64,000 nt of DNA from Salpingoeca rosetta (Eukaryota > Protista > Choanoflagellata), in NCBI GenBank assembly GCA_033442325.1, contig JAWQFM010000001.1, forward strand, positions 1,548,138 to 1,612,137. Direction: 5' to 3'. Under the pieces are notes generated by a model. The model had not been told where the DNA came from. It searched no databases and saw only the letters and a list, made by a program, of their open reading frames with translations. Both the position numbers and the translations under genes were made by a program. Numbering within the stretch: the first letter of the stretch is position 1; every line of letters starts with the position of its first letter. Below are positions 42,434 through 55,358 of this stretch, piece by piece.

Positions 42434-42854
42434 TTACTGCTGGCCATCATCCTCGGGGGCAGCATACGGGCTCATGAACGGTCCAAGAAACCCGTTGTGT
42501 GCGTTCACGTACGCGTAGAAGGCGGTGGAGTTTGTGGGCGCTGCGTCTTTGGGCGGGTGATACTCGTTGTTCAGGCTGTCGAACAGCGCAAGCATCTCCA
42601 TCACCACGAGAGGGTGCTCCTTTGCAACATTGTGTTGCTCGGTCATGTCCTTCTGCAGTGCGCGAGGTGGAGAGGAGTGCACATGCATGAGAGGGACGTT
42701 GACCGGGGGGGGGTGGTGGCGAGGTGGCGAGGAGGCTCGACAGATGATGGGGTACGTAATGCCAGGTCATTTGCAACAAAACAAATGCACCGAATCGGCC
42801 ATTGCACAGAGAACACACAGTCGCACACGCAGATACAAACGAACAAACAGAGAC

Positions 42855-42885
<31 letters not shown>

Positions 42886-44077
42886 CACACACACACACAC
42901 ACACAGACACAAACACACACAAACACAGACACAGACACACAAAATCAGACACAAACGAACAAAACAAACACACACACACATGGATACAAACGAACAAAAC
43001 AAACTACTGCACACAACGACACCTCCCCACCTTGATGTTGAAGAGGCAAGGGCTTTCACGCGGGCACTGGAGGGTTTCCTTGGGCGGATCTGGGACGGAG
43101 GCGTTTGGCGCGAAAAAGCCAAACCAGTTTGCCCACTTCATATCCGGGTCCACAAACAGCTTCCAGTCGCCCTTGCGGATGGCGCCCGTAATGTTTGACG
43201 TGAACATGCGGTGGTCGTGCACGATAAAGTCACGTGGGGACTCCGACACGGCACCGCTGATGTAAGGCCACATGTCGATTGCGTCAAGCGGCGCAATGCC
43301 GCCGGGGTCAGCAGGGTCCACGCCAGCGACAGAGCAGAGCGTGCTGTACCAATCGCACACGTGCATCAGCCCGTCCAGCCGCTTCCCGCGCATATGTGCA
43401 GGCAGCACGGGCCCCGAAACAAACGTTGGCGTGCGCACGCCGCCCTCGAAGTTGGTGTGCTTCGATCCGCGCAGTGGGTAGTTTGAGCCGCACATGCATG
43501 CGCCACCTCTGGAATCGGGAACAACGTTCTTGCACCCGCCATTGAACGACCCCATCGTGGGTGAGCCGTTGTCCTGGTTCGTGTGGGTGTGGGGAGAGGG
43601 GTGAGGGTGGTTGGTATTGTTGTTTAGGCAAGGGGGGGGGGCGTGTTGTGAATGGAAGTTCAAGCTTAAGGTTAGGGTTAGGGTAACAGATCACAAGCAT
43701 GTAATGTAAACACACACACACACACACAACGAGTAGGCAAGCAAGCAGAGGGTGCAACGTACAGATGTCCAGACAAGGAGGGTATCGTTCCACATGCCCG
43801 CTGCCTTGAGCGCATCCGTCACGTTCCTCACAGCCTCATCCACGCCTGCAACGCATGCAGACACGGGAATGCAAACACAGTGGCGTGCGTCAGTTATGGC
43901 AGCCATTAACGCCACAACAAGAACAAGAACAACAAGAACAAGAAGAACAACAACAACAACAACTTAAACAACAACAACTTAAACAACAACAACAACAACA
44001 ACAACAACTTAAACAACAACAACTTAAACAAGAACAACAAGAACAAGAACAAGAAGAACAAGAAGAACAACAACTTA

Positions 44078-44122
<45 letters not shown>

Positions 44123-44780
44123 ACAACAACAACACCAGCAGCAGCAGCAGCACCACCACCACCACGCTCCCATCCACATACCCGAGATCATGCCGTAGAA
44201 GGTGCTCTTGAGGCCCGCGTCGTCGCCAGTGAAGTTGTACAGTTGCGCCAGCCGCACGGGCGACTGCGTTGGCGCATGCACGTCATCTATACGCCGTGTG
44301 GTGCGATGTGAGCGCGGTTGGCAACGCTGCTGCTGATGAAAGTGGGGGAAGGGGCTTTGCGTTTTCAGATCACAATCCAAGCACGTGTTTGACACACACA
44401 CACACACACACAGGCACACACACAGGCACACACACAGGCACACACACACACACACACACACACACAACGTCTTACGGAGGGCAAAGTAGATGAAGAGCGG
44501 GGGCGCGTCGCCTGTTGCGTTGCGGAGTTGGGCGTTGTTGCGGATGATATCGAGGGCAGCATCAGTGAACATCTTGCCCGTCCACGTGCCGTTCATCCCG
44601 TACGCAGGTGCTTCTGTGATGCAGCACACAGAGCAATGGAGGGCGAGGATGGTGATGGTGGTGGTGGTGGTGGTGGTGAGCAAGGAGAAAGCAGAAGGGT
44701 GATTGCTACATGTAAACAGAATGCACGAGCAAGCGCGCGCACACATGCACACATGCACACAGACAGACATGCACACACAT

Positions 44781-44840
<60 letters not shown>

Positions 44841-45671
44841 TCGTCCCACAGGTCCACAGCTGGTGGGCTCACGAATGCGCGTTGCGTGTAGTGGTTTTCT
44901 CCTCCTGCGTGTAAGACAAAGGAGAAGGGAAGAGCGAAAGTATTGAGCGAAGAACGGGTGTGGTGTGAGATGGGTGCACACGAGCACGCTGATTGGATCG
45001 CCACCAGCCACAGCATGCAGCAAGCACAGACCTGTCAAGAAGCCAAACCTGCAGACAAAGCAAACCTTGTGGTGTGAGATAAGACTGGAGTGAAGGTGCT
45101 TCAAACTGGTTGTCACATACATGCTGTGTCCGTATCGAGACAACACACGAACAAACACACACACAGACACGAGTCACAAGCACAAAGAAACACACACGCA
45201 CACACACACACAAACACACAAACACACAAACACACACACGCACACGCACGTTGTATCAAAGCCGCGGTAGCGAGGCGTGTACTCCTTCTTGTACATGCCA
45301 AGGTGCCACTGCACAAATCGTTATACATGCGCAAACACCAGGTGCACGTGAGTAGAAGCAACGCACACACACACACACACGCACAACCCAAGCGCGAACG
45401 TGCTTACAGCGCAGAGAACACACCTTGCCGATGTGGTGCGTGGAGTAGTTGGCCTGCTTGAGCTTGTCGGCGAGCGTTGTGTAGGAGAGGTCAAGGCCCA
45501 GCATGCGCGTCGGCGGTAGCAAGTTGGTGTTTGTCATCTCATGTTTGTACGGAAAGCGTCCACTAGCAAGACGAAGCGAGCCAGCATCGAAGGTGGAGGG
45601 GGAGACGAAAGTGAGGGGGCGCAGTGCATGCAAGCAAGGAAGATCAAAAGCGTCCTCGACGCAGTGTCCAG

Positions 45672-45746
<75 letters not shown>

Positions 45747-47266
45747 ACACGCACACACACACACAAAGCATCAAGTTGCATACGTGAGAAAGCTGGCGCG
45801 GGTTGGAGAACAGAACCTGCAAGCAGCCACAAGTGTGCATGCGTGTGTGAGTGTTTGTCATCATCGGTAGCTATGAGCGTGAGCGAGGCTCTTGAGTGAG
45901 TGGACAGCAGCAGCAGCAGCAGCGACAGCAAGGAAGCAGCAACATGCATGCAGATGCAAGTGTGCGCACATGTATGTGTAGTGACTGTAGAGCTCGACCC
46001 CATTGGCGTGCAGATGATGCAAGGTGGGCGTGATGATCTCATTGTTGTGGAAGGAAGGCGCATTCCACCCTGTTGTGTGGGGTCACGTCGAACAAGGGCA
46101 TGTGAGCGAGGGTGACGGGCACCCATCTACTGGAGGCCTCAGAGTTTGTGTGGCAACTAGTCAGGTCAAGTACAAAGGAGTGGCATGACACAAAGGAGTG
46201 GCATGGTTCCATGCTTCGCACACGCACGCACCAAGGTCGTCCCTGCAAGTGAAAGCGTGTGTGAGCGACCGGCAGGGTGTGAGCTCGAGAGGAGACAGAG
46301 AGAGAGAGACGAGGGGGGAGCAAAGAGACAGGGAGGAGGGAAAGTCAGAAGGGAGAGAGAGAGAACGGGAGGGCAAACACACAGACACACACACAGACAC
46401 ACAGACACAAAGACACACACACACACACGCACACACACACACACAGACACACACACACACACACACACAGACACAGAGACACAGACACACAATCGGGTCT
46501 GCTAATACTAAACTCTCATTCGGAGGAGATTGATTTATAGGCGCCCACGACAATTTCCGGGTGCTTGCAGTATCCTGTACTCAAGGAGGGTAATGCGTGT
46601 GCTAGCGCTGAGGGATTCTCGTGGAGGGAAAGTCCACTAATCGTGGTCGTTTGTTGCGCGAGAGACTATGGAGTTCTACTATTAGCAGCTCGCTGTCACT
46701 TGACTGTATGTTACTTTACGCCTCCCCCAGGGTCCGGAATCCTCCGCATTGTTGTTAGTGTAAAGAGGTGTTTATATGCTTATTCAACTGCGCTCTCTGT
46801 GGAGCAGTGCATGGTTCCTACGACCCACCTGTCTTCCCGTGCTGACTATCTTAGATAAGCGTTTCGGGGATAACGTCGCTAATAGTAGGTGGCAAGTCGC
46901 TCCATTGCCAAACTTTACTTCCGGAGTCCCTGCCGCGCCAGAACGCTCTGAGATGGAGCGTCATTAACGATACGCCCCACCATCTAACGTGAGTGCGTCC
47001 TAGTAAAATTCACGACCAGCCGCAATAATAGTTGGAACGGCGTTATGTTTAACCTTTTGAAACACACACAGACACACACAGACACACAGACACACACACA
47101 CAGGCACACACACACACAGACACACTCACACACACACACATGCTTGTTGTTCTCACGTGAGGAAGAAGATGATGTGCGGCTGCTTCTGCTGCTTCCCATG
47201 CACATGGCCAGCAGCCATCAACACAAACAACAGCAAGCCCACAACCACACGCCTCGTCGTCATCAT
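42434..47266 (-). CDS. Arylsulfatase B/I/J-like sulfatase with signal peptide (multi-exon)
   Basis: Signal peptide, [14 protein letters not shown], formylglycine motif [64 protein letters not shown]. Confidence 0.93.
46491..47060. other. ~570-bp compositionally anomalous island in sulfatase intron 1
   Basis: No microsatellites and near-uniform base use. About 40 TA dinucleotides by hand count (~7%, close to the 1/16 random expectation), whereas TA is visibly rare elsewhere. Abrupt borders with CA/CAGA tracts. Confidence 0.8.
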
Positions 47267-47339
47267 CTTGCCGTTGCTGGAGGATTGCGCCAAAAAAAAA
47301 AAGTGAGCACAAGTTGCGGAACACACACACACAAGCAAG

Positions 47340-48273
47340 ATGACACTGACGTGGTTCAACAGCTTTGACCGGCTGTTTGTTCCACTGCTGAAGGAGGTCC
47401 CCAAGCATGCAGTCGCTCACAGCCACCAGGTGAGGGAGAGAGAGTGTGTGTGTGTGTGCGTGCGTGCGTGCGTGTCTGTTTGCGCCATCCTGTTTCCCTG
47501 TTGTGCATCGACCCTGACATCTCTCACACGCAAATCACTCCCCGTCTCCTTGTTTCTCCTCTTTTGCACACCATCCATGCGCCGTTAGCTTCTGCTGCGT
47601 GGCGGATACATCTGGCAGGCGGGCTCGGGGCTGTATGCGCTCTTGCCCATGGCAAACCGCGTTGTGCAGCGCCTCCAGTCGCTGGTGCGCGCAGAGCTCA
47701 ACGCCATCGGCTCGCAGGAGTGCGTCCTGCCAGCCATCACAGACAAGCACCTGTGGCAGCAGTCTGGCCGATGGCAAGAGGCCGGGGACGAGCTGTTCCG
47801 GCTGGAGGATCGCAAGGGCGCCGCGTACTGCCTCGCCGCAACCCACGAAGAAACGGTGACGGCTCTCGTGTCATCGCTGGTGTCCTCGCATCGGTCGCTT
47901 CCGCTCTACCTGTACCAGATGCAGCCCAAGTACCGCGACGAGATGCGGCCCCGCTACGGCCTGCTGCGTTGCCGCGAGTTTATGATGAAGGACATGTACA
48001 CCTTCGACAGCAGCGAGCAAGATGCGCGCGCCACATACGCCAAGGTCGTGGAGTGTTACCAGCGCATCCTCCAGCGCTTGGGCGTCCCCTTCGCTAAAGT
48101 GCAGGCCGACACGGGCCTCATCGGTGGTTCCCTATCTCACGAGTTCCAGATCAAGGCGGAAATTGGCGAGGATGAGCTCATCTTCTGCGACACGTGCAAC
48201 CAGGCCGCAAACATCGAGAAGATCGATGGTGTGTGTGTGTGTGTGTGTGTGTGTGTGGAGGAGAGAGAGAGAG

Positions 48274-48312
<39 letters not shown>

Positions 48313-49115
48313 GCGTGTGTGCAGGCAGTTGTGTGTGTGCGTGTGTGTGTGTGTGTGTGTGCGTGTAGGTGCACCAAAGATTTGGTGGACGACTCACAGC
48401 GTGTAGAACGTCAACAGCTTCTGGCACTTCCACAGCGCACAGCAATTTCCACTCCACCATAACAAAGCCCATTGGCCTGCACTCACGCTGCCATCGTGTG
48501 TAATGCGTCGATGCAACCCATTGGGTGCATGTGTGTTCCGTCCTCACCCCCCCGCGCCCTGCTTCCTGCTCCCCTCACTTCATCGACAGGTTTGATCGAT
48601 GCGTGTCCACACGCGTCTCCATCGCCAAGCACATCGCCACGGCCGCCCTCTGCATCGTGTTCGTGGACCACGTCAAAGGGGATTGAAGTTGGCCACGCGT
48701 TCTTGCTCGGCACCAAGTACAGCACCGTCTTTGACGCCGCCTTTCTGGACGCAGACTCGCAAAGACAGTACGTGTGTCGTGGCCTGTCCGTGAAACACAC
48801 CTGCGGTGAACGCGTGTCCTGTGCTCTATGCGATTCATTCTGAAGGGGGGGGGGTGCGCAAGTGCTGCCAGTCGCTCACCATCGCGTTGCACGTTGATAT
48901 GTCATATGAACTCCTTGCATTGTACCACCAGGGACATTCATATGGGCTGCTATGGACTTGGACTCACACGGATGCTCAGCGCCGTAGCGGAAGCGCAACA
49001 CGATGCGTAAGCCACACAACACACCTCATGGGCGCGTCTATCCGCTCTCTTTGGTTACTGACAGTGCCACCAACCATTCCCAACTCACCCATTCCCAACT
49101 CACCCACACACACAC

Positions 49116-49184
<69 letters not shown>

Positions 49185-49933
49185 GTCCACATCCATGTGT
49201 AGCGAGGGGCTGATCTGGCCAATTGCCATGGCACCGTTTGTCGTCTCGATTGCGTCTGTTGGACGCATGAACACGTTTAAGGATGGTCAGAGTACCAGCG
49301 CCTGCATTCGATTGCGCACCTTGTGTATGTGAGCGCGTGCATATGCATGTGTGTTTGTTATGATAGGGTTATGATTTAAAGCCACATGTGCCGGTGTCTG
49401 TTGCGACCTCATCAAACCAACTTGCTTTGCACCCCAATGCAGAGAAGTGCCGTGCGCTGTATGAAGTGCTGAACAGTCGACCTGAACTGTCGGACCTCAT
49501 CGTATTAGACACGAGGTACGGTCCACGTACGACCCACGTGCTGCGCTGCAAAGGTTCAATCAAGTTACAACGACACATGCACACATGCACGAAATGCTCA
49601 TCTACAAACACACTGACTCTGACACACCCGCACACACGCACACACCCTTGATATTCCTGCCAACTCACACGCAACAAACGCATGCACATGCACATATACC
49701 CCCTCGTACAAACATGCCCACATCTCAGGGACATGTCACCACGGCACAAGCTGGCCAACAGCCGCATGGTTGGCATTCCCTTCACTGTTCTCGTCGGCGA
49801 TTGGTTTGACTCTGAGCACCTAGAGGTGTATGCGCGCACGTCGCACGACAAGCAGGACATGTCCGTGGAAGAATTCGTGTCCCTCCTCTCCTCCCCTGCA
49901 CTCCACAACACCAGCCAGATCGGATATGCGTAG
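47340..49933 (+). CDS. PARS2: Prolyl-tRNA synthetase, bacterial-type/mitochondrial
   Basis: [98 protein letters not shown], plus anticodon-binding domain. No INS editing domain. Confidence 0.93.
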
Positions 49934-50216
49934 CGTTTGGCGTGTCTCGCAGTCCTTGCATGGACGACACGCGCAAGGCCATATGGTCAGCGCCCCCCCC
50001 CCTTGCCGTGTTCCGCTCACATATGCGCGCACGTGCGATTGATGCTTCTGTACACAACATTTTGGCGCTTGCACGTTGCATTGCAGTTGTGTTATTGTCG
50101 TCACACCACAACTTGGTCACATTTAGAGAGTCGAGCCAGCAGTGAAAAAACAAGCGTTTCTCATGAACAACGCCACACACACACCACACACAACATGAAA
50201 AAGGGGCAATTAAAGG

Positions 50217-53200
50217 TCAGAGATAAGGTGCCCAACCAATGTACATCTGGCACAGTTTCTCCGGGTCTGTTGCTTCTTCGATTAGTTTGTGTACCTGAAT
50301 TCACAGCACAGCAACGCAAGTGTGAAACAAGCATCATTCAAAAAGGGGTGAATATACGTCTGCTGTCAATACTCAAAAGACATAAGAACAAACACAATAC
50401 CACACAACACACACAGCAAACACACAACACCACACCAAACACCAACAACACAACAACAACAACACACACCAAACCACCTGTCCTTCGATGGAGAGGGCAA
50501 TGCCACCGCGGCGCTCCTTGGAGAGCCCGCGCAGCTTGTTCTTGACGACGCTGATGTGCGAGACAGCGTGCTCGTTTCGCAGCGCCCGCGATCGGTTGTG
50601 CTTCGACTTGCTCCACTCCAGCAGCGGGTCATACACCAGCGTCTCCAGCACGTTGATGAGCGAGTCCTGCTCCTCGCGAAGAACACGCAGCGTCACCTCG
50701 CACGCGCGGCGGAAACTGCCCTCCACCCCCGTGAAGCCAAGCGCATCCACCATGTTGTGCGTGAGTCTGAACGGCACGCGCTCCGGCACGCCAAAGGTGA
50801 GGCCTTTGTCAAACAGGCAGTTGAAGTCCACGTGCTGCACTTCGCCTGTCTCCGAATGGAACATGATGTTCTCGCCATGGCGATCGCCGAGACCGAGAAT
50901 GAACCCGACCATGGACATGACGGCTGCGGTGCGGCTGTACGCGAGGCGGGCAGCATACCACCGCGCAGGCTCGGGGAAGTTGGTGTAGAACCACTCGCTG
51001 AACACGGGCGGGAACCGCGGCAGCACGTGGTTCACAAACACTTGCATCTGAGGCACACAACGGTGAACACACGGTGAACCCGATGTGCCGAGTAAGAACA
51101 GCAGCACGATACCATGGTTCTGTGATAACCCCCAAACAAACACACACACACAGCCACCCACAACCACACAACCACACACACACACACACAACCACACACG
51201 TACACACAACCACACACACACACATGCGCATGCACTCCGCCATGATTCAAGCTCACCTGTGATGGAACACGGCCATCCTTGGCGTGTGTGCGTGGATTGC
51301 ACAGCGCTTTGATCTCAGATGTCCGCGCGTGCAGGCCACGCGATTTGTAAATGTCGATGAGAATCGGGCGGAACCCTTTCGTGTGTTGTACCTGAACATT
51401 GGCAGGTGTTTGAACATGTAAACGCAGCAAGCAAAGCAGCGTCGTGAGTTGTCAGAAACACAGTTGTCGCACAGTACGTCCTCTGTCGTGGTGCGAGCGA
51501 CTCACCCATTCGATGATACCGCAGGCCTCGTTGAGCGGGATGACGCCGTACGTGCGAATGTGCATCTGCCGCTCGCGCGCCGCCGGGTCGCCCTTGAGCA
51601 GCTTGTTGATGACGCTGTTGAAGTCCATAATGCGGTTGTCCTTGCGTAGGTCATCGTCGGGCTTGCACAGAAACGGGTACGACTTGCCGTCGTTGCCGCG
51701 AATGCTGATCTTGCGCGGCCGCTGCAGACTCACCAGCACGCTCACCTTGTCCTCAAACCGCTGAATGGTGGGCGGGCTCGGGGTGAACGGGTCGTAGGTG
51801 CGCAGCGAGCCGCGGGATGTTGGCAGCGTCACCACCATCGCCTCTGACGTGGGAATGATGATGGGGCCGTGTAGACGGAAGTCACTGCGAATATGTATGT
51901 GTATGTGTGTGCGTTTGTGTGCGTGCGTGCGTGTGTACGTGTGTGTGCGTGTGTACGTGTGTGTGTGTGTACGTGTGTGTGTGTGTGCGTGCGTGCGTGC
52001 GTTTGTGTGCGTGTGTGTACGCGCGCGTGTGTGTATGTGTGTGTGTATGTGTGTGTGCGTGTGTGTGGTTAACGTGAGCTATCAGTCGAGGTTTCTGCAT
52101 CAAGCGAGATGCGCAATTCCATCGTCCCAACAACTCATGTTCACGCTCAAACACAACACATGGAAAAGCTCGAGCCAACGTCTACACGTACCCAAAGTAA
52201 GAGCGAAGGCTGACTGAGGACACATCCTGCGCAACGGGCTTCTGGCACACGTTGAGCAAGTACTTGATCAGCTTCTGGAAGAGCTCAGAGATGGAGCGTG
52301 CCTCCTGTTCAAGGCACAAGCACAGCGGTGAGTGCAGACGCCATGGGCTAATAACAACAAAGCTACCCCTTTGCCGAACACAAACCGGCCAGCCCTCTAT
52401 CGCACACAGCACACACACGCACACGCACGCACACACGCACACACACACAGCATACATCGAAGCGACACTGCACGAAACCCGCACCAACACGCACAACGCA
52501 ACACACACACACACACACACACAGCGCACCGCCTTGGTTGCCCGCTTGATGAGCTCCATGTAACGTTTTGTGCGGAACTTGAAGGTGGACTGGGAAAGTG
52601 CCGTGATCATCCACAGCGTCTGCTGCGGGTGGTTCTCAATCAGCTTGGCAAAGATCTTCACCAGCCGATCAAAGACGTGGCTGTTTGGGTGACAAATGTG
52701 CGAGGAGAGGTGGGGCAGCGCAGTGAGGAACTGGAACGAGTAGATGCTGTCCACCAGCAAGTCAATCTCCTTGTGGATGGACTTGAGCACGGCGTCGGAG
52801 GCCGGCGGCAGATCTTTGGGCTTCTGCAGCGTCTTCTCGGATACAGTGGCAAGCCGCGAGCCATACTCCAGCCACAGCGTGAGCAGGCGTGGCAGCGCCT
52901 GGAAGGTGTGCATGCACCCATGCCGCAGCGACAGCCCGTAGTGGCGGATGATGTGGGGCAGGTCCAGCTCCTTCACCTCGCCAACCTGCAGCAGGCCGTC
53001 GTGATACTTGGCCAGGGCGTAGTGCGCCTCGTCCCATGCCTCGTCCTCCTTGGCCAGCTGCTTGTAGTGGGCCAGCACCTCAACCGCCGTGAACCGCGAC
53101 GTCGCCGCCATCCACTTGCCAACCAGCAGCCGCGCGTCGTTGTACTTTTGCTTGCCCATGCTCTCCGAGTTGGCGGCGAGGTGCTTCTGCAGGCTCACCA

Positions 53201-55327
53201 GCGCCTCGTGCTGCTCGCCGCGCTCCCACCGCAGCTTGGCCTGCTCCAGCGCGACCTCGGCCAACAGGCCCGGGGAGGGCTCCGTCCCCTGCACACGAAG
53301 CAGCGCCGTGTACGACGTGTCCAACAGCCGGCTCTCCCGCGCAGCCTGGGCCGTCTGCAGCCAGCACGCGCCCTGCATGTCGCGCAGCTTGCTTGCCACG
53401 GGCGCCTGCAGCTTGAGCGTGCTCTCCACCAAATCCAGCAGCCCGCGCCGAAGCGACAGCAGCGCCTCCCGGTCCTCAAACGTGTGCTTCGTCAGCTTGT
53501 AGCTTGTGGACCACTGGCTGTCGAGCTTGCGCAGCCGACTCAGCACCACCGTGCAAGGCAGCTCCTCAATGGGCCGCACCCGTGTCAGCATGGGCGAATG
53601 TCTTCCTGCCGCCGCGGATGTTGAAGAGGTCAGCGATGCTGCGGCTGCTGCTGCGGCTGCTGATGATGATGATGCTGCTGTGGTGGTTGGCGATGATGGG
53701 AGAAGGAAAGAGCGCACAACGTGCTCAAATTCGTGCAGCATCTGCAGCCGCAGCACCTGCGGATATGCCTCTGCGTACGAGTCCGACGCAATCGGGGACA
53801 GCGTCACCAGCGGCTGCAGGACACAGTCGCGCGAATGCTCGAGCACGGCCGTGAACTTGGTTGCGTCGTGTTGCCGGGCAGCGCTGAACAGGAGTGCAAG
53901 CTGTGCTTGGAAACTGGCCGGGAGACGGCTGCTGAAGAAGGATGCCCCGTTAATGCCACCATGGGCGCTTGTAGCACCGCAGGACACGTTGCCACCGCCG
54001 GTTGCTGTCGTTGACATCGATGCTGCCGCTGCTGTAGCGATGCGCTCACCAAAACCGACAGCAGATGAGGCCGTGGTTGACGCGGCCGTGGCTGCGGCTG
54101 CGGCTGCTGCTGCTGCTGCTGCTGCCAGCGATGCGCCCGTCTCTGGCTGCAAGAGGCACGCAGCATGCGCGGGACTCGGGCCGACAGCGCCGTTGGTCAC
54201 ACTGCCGAGGCCACCAATGCCACCACTACCGCTGGTGGCGTTGCTGCTGAGTGAGAAATGGTGGTGATGATGCGCAGGGCCGAGCAGAAGCTCTGGCTCT
54301 GCGTTGTCAATCACGTCCCACTTGCCGAGCTTCCACGCCGCCTCAAACCTGTAATCGCTGACCACACCGCGCCATGCCGGCTGCTGCGTGGCCAGGCCCG
54401 TGGCGGTGATGAAAGCGCTCTCCATGTGCCCGAGCTTCATCTGGCACTCCAGCAAGCCGCAGTGGTAGTCCAGGTTGCCTGCGTGCATGCGCAGCCCTTG
54501 CTCGTAGCAGGACAGTGACTCGGTCCAGTGGCCCGTTGCCCTGTGGTCGAGAATTTGCTCCTCAAGCGACGTGTGCGTGCGCGTGGCCGCGACGCCGAGC
54601 ATGCCGTCCGGGTCGCGCAGCGCAGCGTACGTCTGCTGCAGAAAGGGGAGAAACTCCTTGCGCACGCGCTCCTCGTCCGGGCCATGGCGCATCTTCTTCA
54701 GATACAGCTCGCTATGCTTGAGTGCACGCGTGTAGTCGTTGCAACGGAAGGCCGCGCGAGCCAGTTCGTCCTGCGGCATGCGGTCCAGAAACGCCTCCAC
54801 GTACTGCAGGTCGGGTGGCACGTTGACCACGTTGGCGGCGCCGCGGCGGCGCTGGCGCGAGCTTGGGATGAGCGAGTAACGGCGCTTGGCCGCCCAGCGC
54901 GTCAGGTTGTCCACAATCGCAAACACAATCTTCGTGCTCAGCAGCATGTACTGCGCACGCGTGTGCGACGTGAGACGCGACGATGCCTGTTGTTGTTGTT
55001 GTTGTTGTTGTTGTTGCTGCTGCTGCTGTTGTTGTTGTTGTTGTTGCTGCTGGTGGTGGTGTTGGCGCGCACCTGTGCAGGCTTGGCCCGTGGCTGAGGT
55101 GGTGTTGAGCGTTGTGTCGAGGGTGGTGTTGTTGAGGGTGGTGTTGTTGAGGGTGTTGTTGTTGTTGTTGTTGTCGTGGGTGTTGCGGTTGAGCACGGCA
55201 GCCATGAGGTGCGCGTCTCCCAGCACGACGCTCGTGTCACCAGGAAGGTTGAGCGAGCTTCGGCTTGCCATGCGGCTGCTGGCAAGACTGACGCTGCCAC
55301 GGGAGGGTGTGCGGTTGCCCAGCGTTG

Positions 55328-55358
<31 letters not shown>

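Noticed and set aside
43666-43686. Telomerase RNA template
   Set aside because: The host intron is only ~190 nt and shows no pseudoknot or H/ACA domain.
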